Origin: an uncultured Candidatus Obscuribacterales bacterium
Lineage (GTDB): Bacteria > Cyanobacteriota > Vampirovibrionia > Obscuribacterales > Obscuribacteraceae
Assembly: GCA_964496875.1 (NCBI GenBank)
Contig: CAZCBH010000009.1
Location: 1,902-65,901 of the forward strand
Direction: 5' to 3'
Length of the DNA stretch: 64,000 nucleotides
The notes beneath the pieces are model-generated. The model searched no databases and was not told the DNA's origin. It worked only from the letters and a program-made list of their open reading frames with translations. Positions 53,668 to 63,388 of the stretch are shown piece after piece (position 1 is the first letter of the stretch; each line of letters begins with the position of its first letter). A program made the position numbers and the translations under genes.

Positions 53668-55086
53668 ATGGACAGCACAGAGACAGCAAGAGATGACATG
53701 CCGGATTCGAGAACCGATGCAAATTCGGATTCGAAGTCGAATTCAGCCCCCCTTGTAACCGGCAGCCTCTGGCGGGCAATCTGGATAATGTCCTGGCCCT
53801 TGCTGCTTACCACGGTCGCCAATTCTCTTGTGGGAATGACCGATCTCTATGTAGCCGGCAAGCTGGGCTCGATATCCCAGGCTGCAGTCGGTCTTTCAGA
53901 GCAGATCATCTTCATGTTCCTGCTCTTTATCATGGCAACCGGTACCGGAACCACCGCCCTGGTGGCAAGACACTGGGGAGAAGGAGACAGGGAGAAGGCT
54001 TTCAATTACACCGCCCAGTCCCTGATCATGGCGGTCATGCTCGGAGCCGGGCTGGCTCTGGCTTCTTCCCTGGGAGCTCATTTCGCCCTGGCTCCTTTTA
54101 CGAAATCGCCCGAGGTGACCCGGCTCTGCACCGTGTATCTTGGCATCTTCAGCCTCTATATGATTCCATTTTCGGTGATATGCATCACCAACGCGGCTTT
54201 TCGAGCCATAGGCGATGCCAGGACCCCCCTTGCCATCGTCTCGACCTTCACCTCCTTAAGCATCCTCGGAGACATTCTGCTGGTCATGCACAACTGGCCC
54301 ATAGCCGGTCTGGGTATCCGGGGCATTGCCTATTCAGCTCTCACCGCCTCCACCATCGCTGCTACCCTGGCGCTGTATAAGCTCAGTCGATCAGAACTGG
54401 CTCCCTCCCTGAAATTGATCAAACGGGTGATACCGGAGATGATCCGTCGCATAGTCAAAATCGGCATTCCATCAGCATTGCAGAGAATGGCCTGGGCAAC
54501 CAGCACCTTCGTGCTCTTCTTCATCCTGGCGAGATGCCCGATGCCCACCGAAGCCCTTGCCTCCTGGACCATAGGCATGCGAGTGGAAGGACTTATGTTC
54601 ATGCCGGTGATGGCTCTGTCCATGGCTGTTTCGTCGATAGTCGGTCAAAACCTGGGTGCCAGAGAGATAGAAAGAGCCTATAAAGCGGGTTGGCAGGTGG
54701 CATGGATCGGCATCGGGCTGCTTACCGTGATGGCGGTGGCGCTTTTTCTCTCCTCTACAATTATCGCCAACGCATTCAGCAAAGACCCTACTACTATCGC
54801 CTATGTGATCAGTTATCTTCGAGTAAACTCCCTATCGGAGCCATTTCTTGCCCTGGGAATGATTTTGGGCGGCGCCTTTCAAGGAGCCGGTGATACCAAA
54901 ACGCCGATGTGGATCACTTTCTTGACCAACTGGGTTATTCGCTTGCCCCTGGCCTACTTTCTAGCTCTGCACCTCGAGCTCGGTCCCACCGGCGCCTGGT
55001 GGGCCATGACTCTCTCGGTCTTGATCATGGGCTTCCTCACAGCCTGGAGATTTCGCTCCAGATCCTGGACGGAGCTCCACGTTTGA
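53668..55086 (+). CDS. MATE-family efflux transporter
   Basis: 12 hydrophobic segments. N-terminal LWRAIWIMSWPLLLTTVANSLVGMTDLYVAGKLG and the internal duplication are typical of MATE. Confidence 0.85.
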   Translation: MDSTETARDDMPDSRTDANSDSKSNSAPLVTGSLWRAIWIMSWPLLLTTVANSLVGMTDLYVAGKLGSISQAAVGLSEQIIFMFLLFIMATGTGTTALVARHWGEGDREKAFNYTAQSLIMAVMLGAGLALASSLGAHFALAPFTKSPEVTRLCTVYLGIFSLYMIPFSVICITNAAFRAIGDARTPLAIVSTFTSLSILGDILLVMHNWPIAGLGIRGIAYSALTASTIAATLALYKLSRSELAPSLKLIKRVIPEMIRRIVKIGIPSALQRMAWATSTFVLFFILARCPMPTEALASWTIGMRVEGLMFMPVMALSMAVSSIVGQNLGAREIERAYKAGWQVAWIGIGLLTVMAVALFLSSTIIANAFSKDPTTIAYVISYLRVNSLSEPFLALGMILGGAFQGAGDTKTPMWITFLTNWVIRLPLAYFLALHLELGPTGAWWAMTLSVLIMGFLTAWRFRSRSWTELHV

Positions 55087-56325
55087 GATCATCAAAGCAA
55101 GCACGAACCATTGCATGAGCCGGACGTTTCCGGTTCCGAAATTGAACTCGAACAGTCCAGCCACCATGAGCGATATCAAACTGCCGAACACCGCCAGACC
55201 GATTCCGGCATCGATAAGTCTGCGGTACTCCAGACCGTAGTACCAGTTTCTCAAAGACTGCGCCAGGGCGACCATAGAAAGAAAAGTGTAAGTGAGAAAA
55301 CCGCTGATGCCAAGCGTTGCCAGCACGTGCAGATAGTTGCTGTGAGCATGCTTGAAGTCCCCCTGGCCGGGCACCTCGGCAATGTCGAAATTCTGAGAAG
55401 GAAAGTTCCTCACTCCATACCCGAAAAGCGGACGGGTTTTCCAGAGTTCAATAGTATTCTTCCAAATCTCCAGTCGAACCCTAACTCCTATGTCGCTCAA
55501 TGGATTCTCTATAACCTGAACCAAACGAGTCTGCACCACCGGTACATAGTTCCAGGCAAGCACCGAAGCAAGAGCCAGGCAGACTATCACCGAGCCGATC
55601 ATACGCACCGAAACAAAAGCAGCGGTAATCACCACCGCCGCGGCCACACCAAGCCAGGCATTTCTTTCGCTGGCGAAGAGCACACCCAGGAAGTTGAATA
55701 GCGTGACAAGGGCGAAAACCGGTAATTTATTCAGCGGACCTACCAACTCTCTATATGCTCCGGAGACCAGAAATGATCCTGCCACCATGGCTGTTATCTG
55801 CATTTGACCGGCATAGGCCATGGGATGAAGCGTAAAGCCGGTGGCCTGAAGGTAAGCATAAGTGGTGAATGGATGTATATCGAGCAGTTGTTCGATCATC
55901 CCCCAGGCTCCGGCGACGGTGCCCATGCTCAATAGTCCGCTCAATATCTGAGCACGTAGAGGAAGATTGCCGCGAATCAGGTGATAGACCCAAAAATAGA
56001 CGACCATGGCTCGCAGTGTATAGACCGAGCGCACAGCTTCTATAAGATCAACCTGAAGAAATCCGGATATAAAAACACTGACGGCAAATACTATTAGTGG
56101 CACCGTCAGCGGTGCGTCCAGAATCGGAAATTCTGTGGGTCTGCTCTCCAGTTGACCTCGATTTCTCAGAATTCGAGCCAAAATAGAGACCAAAAGCCAG
56201 GCAACCAAGCCAGAAGCGAGTACCACCCAGGGATAAGTAATCGGCAAAAAAACAGCGATTGAATAGGCGATTACAAGCCATTTCTGCAACCTTGAGAAAA
56301 ACTCGTGTGCCGCTTTGACTGTCAC
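54961..56325 (-). CDS. O-antigen ligase / O-antigen polymerase-like (Wzy_C-type) membrane protein
   Basis: At least 10 TM segments with a large loop carrying H (FKHAHSNYLHVLATLG), typical of the family. Its GTG start overlaps the trpS stop (GTGA). Confidence 0.6.
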   Translation of the reverse strand: MTVKAAHEFFSRLQKWLVIAYSIAVFLPITYPWVVLASGLVAWLLVSILARILRNRGQLESRPTEFPILDAPLTVPLIVFAVSVFISGFLQVDLIEAVRSVYTLRAMVVYFWVYHLIRGNLPLRAQILSGLLSMGTVAGAWGMIEQLLDIHPFTTYAYLQATGFTLHPMAYAGQMQITAMVAGSFLVSGAYRELVGPLNKLPVFALVTLFNFLGVLFASERNAWLGVAAAVVITAAFVSVRMIGSVIVCLALASVLAWNYVPVVQTRLVQVIENPLSDIGVRVRLEIWKNTIELWKTRPLFGYGVRNFPSQNFDIAEVPGQGDFKHAHSNYLHVLATLGISGFLTYTFLSMVALAQSLRNWYYGLEYRRLIDAGIGLAVFGSLISLMVAGLFEFNFGTGNVRLMQWFVLALMISNVELRPGSGAKSPGCEEAHDQDRESHGPPGAGGTELEVQS

Positions 56326-57383
56326 TGCCTCTTCCAGTTGGTGAGACCCATTATCTCTCTAACATCCGCTAACGTCTGCTTGGCCGTCTCTCTGGCTTTG
56401 AGGTTACCGGTCTCGAGAATCTCCATGACCTTTCCTGGATCTTCAGCAAGTTCAAGGCGACGTTCTCTAACCGGCCTGAAAAAATCATTTATGTAATCGG
56501 CCAGGCGCATTTTGCAGTCGACACATCCTATCTTCGCCGACTCGCATTCGTCCTTGACCACTGCGCAACTATCTTTGGCGAAGATATTGTAGTAAGGCCA
56601 GGGCACTTCGCATAGGTCAGTATGACCGGGATCGCTCTTAGCCACTCTGGTCCGGTCGGTGATCATCTTTTTGACTTGCTTCTTGGTATCTTCCTCGGTA
56701 TCAGCTATTTTGATGTCGTTACCGTAGGACTTGCCCATTTTCTGCCCGTCAACGCCTTTGAGAAGAGGTGTCTCGGTAAAGCGCGGTTTTGGTTCCGGAA
56801 AATAATCCACTTTGTAGATACTGTTAAATCGCCTGGCCAGGTCCCGGGCAAACTCCAGATGAGACTCCTGGTCTTTGCCCACCGGAATAAGCTCTCCTTT
56901 GAAAGCGAGAATATCAGCCGACATCAGCACCGGATAACCTATTAAGCCATAGGTGCATCGATCCTGTGCCTCTTTCTCGTCCTGAGCCAGCATCCTGATC
57001 ATATCTTTGAGAGTGGGCTCCCGTTCGACCCAGTTCTGCTTGGTGATCATCGACAAAAGCAGATGCAGCTCCGCTATCTCCGGCACCCCGGACTGAACAT
57101 AAATAGTGGCGACTTCAGGGTCGATACCCACCGAAAGCCAATCTAGAGCAACTTCGAAAACATCCTGCTGGATGTTCTCGGTCTGCATGTATTTTGTGGT
57201 AAGAGCGTGCCAGTCGACAATAGAGAAAAAGGATTCATATTCCGATTGGAATTGCACCCAGTTGGTGAGAACCCCCAGATAATGTCCGATGTGCAGCCTC
57301 CCGGTGGGACGCATTCCGGACATGATTCTTTTTCGGCTACTACTTTCCTTCGCTTGCCTCTTGGCAGTTTCGGCTTGTGTCAT
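56322..57383 (-). CDS. trpS: tryptophanyl-tRNA synthetase
   Basis: HIGH motif (GRLHIGHYLG). KMSKS motif (QKMGKSYGN). Class Ic length. Confidence 0.95.
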   Translation of the reverse strand: MTQAETAKRQAKESSSRKRIMSGMRPTGRLHIGHYLGVLTNWVQFQSEYESFFSIVDWHALTTKYMQTENIQQDVFEVALDWLSVGIDPEVATIYVQSGVPEIAELHLLLSMITKQNWVEREPTLKDMIRMLAQDEKEAQDRCTYGLIGYPVLMSADILAFKGELIPVGKDQESHLEFARDLARRFNSIYKVDYFPEPKPRFTETPLLKGVDGQKMGKSYGNDIKIADTEEDTKKQVKKMITDRTRVAKSDPGHTDLCEVPWPYYNIFAKDSCAVVKDECESAKIGCVDCKMRLADYINDFFRPVRERRLELAEDPGKVMEILETGNLKARETAKQTLADVREIMGLTNWKRQ

Positions 57384-57384
57384 A

Positions 57385-57543
57385 CTAGCCCTGGCTTTCT
57401 TCGACGTTCTCCTGAGGAGTCTCTTTCTTGGAGGGCTTGGACTTGGCAGCCTTGGCTATAAGCTCTTTGACGCGCTCTCTTTTACGCTCTACTTTAGCTT
57501 TCTTTCTTTTACGCTTTTCGACAGTATTGTACTTACGGGTCAT
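57385..57543 (-). CDS. small highly basic protein (52 aa, below ORF-track cutoff)
   Basis: Hand translation gives MTRKYNTVEKRKRKKAKVERKRERVKELIAKAAKSKPSKKETPQENVEESQG*. GAGAGGA SD lies about 5 nt upstream. Its TAG stop is 1 nt before the trpS ATG. Confidence 0.5.
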   Translation of the reverse strand: MTRKYNTVEKRKRKKAKVERKRERVKELIAKAAKSKPSKKETPQENVEESQG

Positions 57544-57635
57544 ATTTTCCTCTCATTTCCTCTTGGCATCTTCGGGGCAATTATCACCTCGAAGCAAGTA
57601 GAGGAAGAATATATCATGAGGAAGGGAGCCAGGAT

Positions 57636-59150
57636 CTACTTAGGCGCGAATCGTTCCTGCTCTTGTTTCAATCGGTCAAGATCGGCTGGTAAAACAGCCC
57701 CGGAACCTATCAACAACTTAATAATCTCTATGCCCTGACGCTCGGCGATTACAGAAAGCTCCTTGAGCTGTTCGCCGGTCACCCTTCTGCGCTGCAGAAG
57801 ATACTTGATCAAGTCGAGTTTATCTAACAAAAGCTCGATGGTCAGCCTGACCACAGGATCATGATGCTCGATCATCTCGTTGTCGAGACAATAGCGATAG
57901 GTGGCCATAATCGAAGCATCGGAACGATTGGAGTCGGTCAAAACCAGAAGCAGCGACTTGCCGAGCTTAACATCCTGGAGAACCTCGGCAACCATGTCAT
58001 CTTCGGAGGCTTCTTCCAGGTGCTCTACTCCCCTGCCGGTCAACTTGAAACTGGTGTTCAAAAGGCGCTCGATATCGATAGAGACCAGAGGCAGAGGATC
58101 GGTTCTTTTCATATCGAAAGGAGACTTCTCCGCTTCCAGATTGGTGAAGGTTGTTTTCACACTTCCTTTCTGCTGACGCTTCTTCTCTACCTTGTTCTCT
58201 TCCTTTTCTACTTCCTTCTCGATCAGATTCGAAAGCGGCGATTCAATCACAGCATTGACTATCTCTTCCTGAACAATGCTTCCCACGGCGGGAAGCTCCT
58301 GGGTATCAGTATCCTTCCCCGGCAAGCTCACTCTGGCATTGGGTACGGTGAGAGAGTCACTCGTATCGTTTGTATCATTTTCGATATCATTTTCGGTATC
58401 ATTAGCTGCGATAGCAGCTTTCACCTCTTCTGCCAGAGGCACTTCTTTTGATACCAAATCTTTCAGTGCCGGACGTTCGTCCTTTATCGAAACGATGGTC
58501 GCTCCGGAGGTCACGCCGACTTTGCGAGCAGCGACTTTTTCTATACGCCTGGCGACAATCGGAGAAATATTCAGTGCCGCTTCTTTGCCGACATCAGCTT
58601 TGACCACTTCCACCGAACCGGTGAGCACAAGACGGTAGAGAATGCCCACCGCGGTTCTCAAATCGATCTCCAGTTCGCTTATGGCCTGGCGCATGGTCCG
58701 ACCATCGGTGATCCAACCTAGCACGGTGTAGTCGTTCTTTCCCAGGGGCTGTATATAAAGAGACTCCTGCCATTCCGGTTGACCGAAAGAGGAAGATGGG
58801 ATCAATTCTGAGGTAAGGCCGATATTGACACTGCGGAGAAAAGAGCACTGATCCTGAAAACTGCCCAGTTCTTCCAGATTGCATCGGAAGAGGGATTTCT
58901 CCAGGTGTGCTCCGGCATCCTTGAGGTTGTCCACCATGAACTCGCCTTCGGTCCAGGAGAGAACCTCCGAAAGGGCGTCGATTCCTTCTAGAATTCCAAA
59001 GCGGCTGTCGATCAACTCTCCCTCGACAACATAAAGATGAGCTATCTGCCCATCCGATTCGAGGGTGACGCGATAGCTCTTGGCGGGCTCGTTGGCGAGC
59101 AACTGCAATAGCCCGGGCACACTTACTAGATTGAGATTTCCTTTGATCAT
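57636..59150 (-). CDS. DUF4388 (PATAN-like) N-terminal domain protein with acidic linker and GspE-N/MshEN-like C-terminal helical domain
   Basis: MIKGNLNLVSVPGLLQLLANEPAKSYRVTLESDG...LYVVEGELIDS...GIDALSEVLSWTEGEFMV is DUF4388-like. C-terminal LIKYLLQRRRVTGEQLKELSVIAERQGIEIIKLLIGSGAVLPADLDRL. Confidence 0.6.
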   Translation of the reverse strand: MIKGNLNLVSVPGLLQLLANEPAKSYRVTLESDGQIAHLYVVEGELIDSRFGILEGIDALSEVLSWTEGEFMVDNLKDAGAHLEKSLFRCNLEELGSFQDQCSFLRSVNIGLTSELIPSSSFGQPEWQESLYIQPLGKNDYTVLGWITDGRTMRQAISELEIDLRTAVGILYRLVLTGSVEVVKADVGKEAALNISPIVARRIEKVAARKVGVTSGATIVSIKDERPALKDLVSKEVPLAEEVKAAIAANDTENDIENDTNDTSDSLTVPNARVSLPGKDTDTQELPAVGSIVQEEIVNAVIESPLSNLIEKEVEKEENKVEKKRQQKGSVKTTFTNLEAEKSPFDMKRTDPLPLVSIDIERLLNTSFKLTGRGVEHLEEASEDDMVAEVLQDVKLGKSLLLVLTDSNRSDASIMATYRYCLDNEMIEHHDPVVRLTIELLLDKLDLIKYLLQRRRVTGEQLKELSVIAERQGIEIIKLLIGSGAVLPADLDRLKQEQERFAPK

Positions 59151-59358
59151 CGCAAGAGAATTAAATCATTGAATCGGCAACTCTATCAAATCAGCTACCA
59201 GGGTCTCTATAAAGGAGTTTGCCCAGTAGTTATCCGTCTGATGCACCAAGAGTCCTCATTTACAAAAGTTAATTCCTGGACTGAGCGCTACAGGATGTAG
59301 CGAAATGGGTAAATACGTCTTAGAGATCTTTACATCATAAATATGGGAGCGAACGACT

Positions 59359-60333
59359 TTGGGTTCTCGCGTCACAGATGAAACTTTAAACGAATGGTCC
59401 GACGTAGATCAGGATCAGGATCAAGAGCAGGATCAGGAAGAAAACGATGAATTGCTGGAAGGCAAGAAGACTCGCAAGAAAAAAGGCGATGGTTTTACCG
59501 AGGATTCTGTACGTCTCTATTTAAGAGAGATAGGCAGAGTGAGGATGATCAAGCCCGATGAAGAGATAGAGTTGGCGCGCCGCATTGCTGATGGCGACGC
59601 CGAAGCCAAACAAAAGCTGATCCAGGCTAATCTGCGTCTGGTAATTTCGATAGCCAAGAAGTACGTAAACAGAGGTTTACCCTTCCAGGACCTCATTCAA
59701 GAAGGAAACCTCGGTCTGATTCGAGCTGCCGAAAAATTCGATCACACTAAAGGATTCAAATTCAGCACCTATGCAACCTGGTGGATACGGCAGGCCATAT
59801 CCCGGGGTCTAGCCGATAAATCTCGTACTATTCGTGTGCCGGTGCACATGGTCGAGTCGATTAATAAACTCAAAAAGACCAGCGCCAAACTATCCCAGGA
59901 GCTCGGTCGCAAACCCACCGAAGAAGAACTCGCCCACGCGATGAAGCTTTCTGTTACCAAGATCCAGGAGATTCTCACCGCAGACAGAGAACCGGTATCC
60001 ATGGAGATGCCTCTCAATCGCGATGAAGAGACCTATCTGGGAGACCTTATCGAAGATAACGAATCCTCCAGACCGGATGCCACAACCGAAGAACAGCTCC
60101 TGCGCCAAGATATAGGCAGGATGCTGAGCCAGCTCACTCCCAGAGAAAGAGACATCATGCATCTGCGCTACGGTCTGGAAGATGGACGGCAACGCACCCT
60201 GGAAGAGGTCGGTCGTCTATTCAACATAACCCGTGAAAGGGTCAGGCAAATCGAACACAAAGCATTCCGAAAACTGAGACAGCCATCCTGGTCCAACAAG
60301 CTGGTGGGCTATCTGGACGACACGATGCACTGA
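59359..60333 (+). CDS. RNA polymerase sigma-70 family factor (RpoD/SigA-like, short region 1), TTG start
   Basis: Region 2 ([37 protein letters not shown]). Region 3. Region 4.2 ([27 protein letters not shown]). Confidence 0.9.
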   Translation: MGSRVTDETLNEWSDVDQDQDQEQDQEENDELLEGKKTRKKKGDGFTEDSVRLYLREIGRVRMIKPDEEIELARRIADGDAEAKQKLIQANLRLVISIAKKYVNRGLPFQDLIQEGNLGLIRAAEKFDHTKGFKFSTYATWWIRQAISRGLADKSRTIRVPVHMVESINKLKKTSAKLSQELGRKPTEEELAHAMKLSVTKIQEILTADREPVSMEMPLNRDEETYLGDLIEDNESSRPDATTEEQLLRQDIGRMLSQLTPRERDIMHLRYGLEDGRQRTLEEVGRLFNITRERVRQIEHKAFRKLRQPSWSNKLVGYLDDTMH

Positions 60334-60449
60334 TTTGTCCCAGTTACTTTTGCATTAGAATTAGATTTTAACCCTTATCTCTTTTGCTCAGAATTGCTAA
60401 CTTATATAGGAATTCGCGATTCCTGCAATCTTAAGGGTGAGCCCCAGCC

Positions 60450-61823
60450 GTGACGGAGAAACAGGCCGTAGCTCTGGAAGAATTAACTGCGCTTGTCGAC
60501 TCCGGTGAGCGGCAGAAACTCCGCTTGCTCTTGAACGACGAGCACCCTGCCGACCTTGCCGAATATTTCCGCGAGATGGACCCACCCCACAGGCTCTCCT
60601 GCTTCAGATTGCTCGATCTGGACAACGCCAGCGCGGTTCTGGCTGAATTAGAACCGGAGAACCAGTGCGAGCTTCTAACCTCCCTGGGAGATATCGGGGT
60701 TGTTCCGATTATCGCCCGCATGTCTCCCGATGATGCCGCCGACGTCCTGTCCGAACTACCGCCGGAGAAAGCCACCGAGATCATCGAACAGATGAGCGAT
60801 GTGGAGGCCAAAGCCGACCTCAGGCAGTTGCTTACCTTCAAAGAAGATACAGCCGGCGGCATCATGTCCACCGATTATCTCTCCCTTTTCTCGCGCATGA
60901 CCGTGGGTGAAGCCCTGGTCAAGCTCCGGGAGATGTACGAGGATGTAGAGGAGGATATCTACGATATCTATGTCGTGGATGAAAACGAAAAGCTCGTCGG
61001 CCGAGTCACCGTAAAAGAGTTGCTCATGGTCGAGCCCCGCGCCCAGGTCGAATCGGTGATGGACGAGGATGTCCAGCGGGTAAGAACCTATACCGACCAG
61101 GAAGAGGCAGCAGAAATAGTGGGTCGCTACGACCTTTTGACTCTGCCTGTCGTGGATGAAGAAGACAAACTCTGCGGTATCATCACTGCCGATGATGTCA
61201 TCGATGTTCTAAAAGAAGAGGCCATCGAGGACATTTATCAGTCATCCGGTATCAGCACCGGTGATCCCTCCGAAGCGCTGACTTATAACGTAAGCAAAGC
61301 CTTCACCGCCAGGCTGCCCTGGCTGCTTGCCACCCTCGCCATCGAGACCGGCTCGGCCACGGTGATAACCCATTATGATTCGGTTATTCAACAGACTGTG
61401 GCGGCAGCCTCTTTTATGCCCCTCTTAAGTGGCGTTACAGGCAGCGTCGCCACCCAGAGCACCTGTATCGTCATTCGCGGCACCAGCAATAGATCACAAC
61501 TCAATCTGAAATTGATTTTGCGCAATATCTGGCACGAACTCAAGGTCGGCGTTCTGCTCGGTCTTTTCTGCGGTGTCTTCACTTATTTCATATCGCTCCT
61601 CGTCCATTCATCGAGACAGGAGCTCGGTCTGGTCGTGGCCATCTCTCTTGTCATAACCATGACCTTCGGTGTCATGGTCGGCACCACTATGCCGATGGTC
61701 TTTCAGAAACTGGGAATAGATCCGGCTCACGCGTCCGGTCCTTTCATCACCAGCATCCTCGATGTGTCCACCATGACAATCTATCTGACCATAGTCCATT
61801 ATTTTCTATCGCATCTGATCTAA
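60450..61823 (+). CDS. mgtE: magnesium transporter MgtE
   Basis: N-domain, CBS pair (VVDENEKLVGRVTVKELL..., LPVVDEEDKLCGIITADDVIDVL) and 5-TM C-terminal domain (PFITSILDVSTMTIY). GTG start. Confidence 0.9.
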   Translation: MTEKQAVALEELTALVDSGERQKLRLLLNDEHPADLAEYFREMDPPHRLSCFRLLDLDNASAVLAELEPENQCELLTSLGDIGVVPIIARMSPDDAADVLSELPPEKATEIIEQMSDVEAKADLRQLLTFKEDTAGGIMSTDYLSLFSRMTVGEALVKLREMYEDVEEDIYDIYVVDENEKLVGRVTVKELLMVEPRAQVESVMDEDVQRVRTYTDQEEAAEIVGRYDLLTLPVVDEEDKLCGIITADDVIDVLKEEAIEDIYQSSGISTGDPSEALTYNVSKAFTARLPWLLATLAIETGSATVITHYDSVIQQTVAAASFMPLLSGVTGSVATQSTCIVIRGTSNRSQLNLKLILRNIWHELKVGVLLGLFCGVFTYFISLLVHSSRQELGLVVAISLVITMTFGVMVGTTMPMVFQKLGIDPAHASGPFITSILDVSTMTIYLTIVHYFLSHLI

Positions 61824-61849
61824 CTTAAAGAGGTAGGGAGAAAGTCAAA

Positions 61850-63388
61850 ATGAGCAAGGTTGATTCAATTCTGGAAAGACGAAAGAAAGCCTCGGCGGTA
61901 AGCGCCGAACAAGCGGAAAAACGCCACCAGAAAGGCTATCTTCTCGCCAGGGAGAGAATAGACGCTTTGGTAGATCCCGGCTCCTTTATGGAAATTGACC
62001 GCTACGCCTTGCACCAGTGTCGCGACTTCGGCATGGAAGACAAACAAGCCTACGGAGACGGAGTAGTATGCGGCCAGGCAAAAATAGACGGCAGACCGGT
62101 CTATCTCTTTGCCCATGATGTAACTTTCGTTGGTGGCGCCCTTGGTGAAGTCTTTGCCAAGAAAGTCTGCAAAATCATGGATCTGGCGTTGAAAGCCGGC
62201 TGCCCTGTGATCGGCCTCAACGAAAGTGGTGGCGCCAGGATTCAAGAAGGGGTAAAAAGCCTGGCCGGCTATGCCGATATTTTCTATCGCAACGTCAATG
62301 TCTCGGGCGTTATTCCCCAGATCTCGGTCATCTACGGTGCCTGCGCCGGAGGAGCGGTCTACAGCCCGGCGGTCACCGACTTCACGATTATGGTAAGGGA
62401 TAAAAGCTATATGTTCGTCACCGGACCGGAGATAGTCAAGACCGTCACCGGAGAATCGGTTACTCACAACGAACTTGGCGGTGCCGTGGTTCATAACACC
62501 AAATCGGGAGTAGCTCAGCTCCTCGCCGAAGATGAAGAAGATTCATTTCTGCTCACCCGCGAACTGCTCTCCTACATCCCACTCAACAACCTGGAGCTTC
62601 CTCCCCGGCAGGAGGTCGGTGAGGAAGCTCGCCCGGATGACGAAGCCGGCCTCAACGACATAGTCCCGGCCGATCCACAGAAGCCTTACGACATGCATGA
62701 TGTCATTGAGAGAATTTTTGACTTCGGAGAATTTCTGGAGATCTCGCCTTACTTTGCCAAGAACCTGATTACAGGCTTTGCTAGATTAAACGGAGAGACC
62801 GTGGGCATAGTAGGCAATCAACCAAGCGAACTTGCCGGATGCCTGGATATCAACGCTTCGGTAAAAGGCGCCCGCTTTGTCCGCTTCTGTGATGCCTTCA
62901 ATATTCCGGTGGTCACCTTCGTCGATGTGCCGGGCTATCTACCGGGAACATCCCAGGAATTTGGTGGCATCATCAGACATGGAGCAAAACTTCTTTATGC
63001 CTATTGCGAAGCCACTGTTCCCAAGTTGACCGTTATAACGAGAAAAGCCTATGGTGGCGCCTTCGATGTAATGGGCTCAAAGAACGTGGGCGGAGACTAC
63101 AACTTCGCCTGGCCCACCGCGGAGATTGCGGTGGTGGGTGCAGAGGCTGCGGTCAATCTGCTCTACAGAAAAGAGCTGAAAGGCGATGACGGTCAGGATA
63201 GATTTAAAGAAATGGTGGCGCAATATCGCTCCCGTTTCGCCAATCCGGATATCGCTTCGGAACAGGGCTATATAGACGACATCATTCTGCCCACAGAAAC
63301 AAGAGATCACCTCGGTCGCGCCCTTGAGATCATGCGCAACAAACGCGTGGAGAGACCCAAGCGCAAGCACGGCAACATACCTCTTTAA
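61850..63388 (+). CDS. acyl-CoA carboxylase carboxyltransferase subunit (propionyl-CoA carboxylase beta / methylmalonyl-CoA carboxyltransferase 12S type)
   Basis: [18 protein letters not shown]..., [68 protein letters not shown]. Confidence 0.9.
   Translation: MSKVDSILERRKKASAVSAEQAEKRHQKGYLLARERIDALVDPGSFMEIDRYALHQCRDFGMEDKQAYGDGVVCGQAKIDGRPVYLFAHDVTFVGGALGEVFAKKVCKIMDLALKAGCPVIGLNESGGARIQEGVKSLAGYADIFYRNVNVSGVIPQISVIYGACAGGAVYSPAVTDFTIMVRDKSYMFVTGPEIVKTVTGESVTHNELGGAVVHNTKSGVAQLLAEDEEDSFLLTRELLSYIPLNNLELPPRQEVGEEARPDDEAGLNDIVPADPQKPYDMHDVIERIFDFGEFLEISPYFAKNLITGFARLNGETVGIVGNQPSELAGCLDINASVKGARFVRFCDAFNIPVVTFVDVPGYLPGTSQEFGGIIRHGAKLLYAYCEATVPKLTVITRKAYGGAFDVMGSKNVGGDYNFAWPTAEIAVVGAEAAVNLLYRKELKGDDGQDRFKEMVAQYRSRFANPDIASEQGYIDDIILPTETRDHLGRALEIMRNKRVERPKRKHGNIPL

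Noticed and set aside
60334-60449. M-box (Mg2+) riboswitch upstream of mgtE
   Set aside because: Only about 115 nt are available, with one short hairpin (GGAAT-TCGCG-ATTCC). That is too short and lacks the multi-helix M-box architecture.
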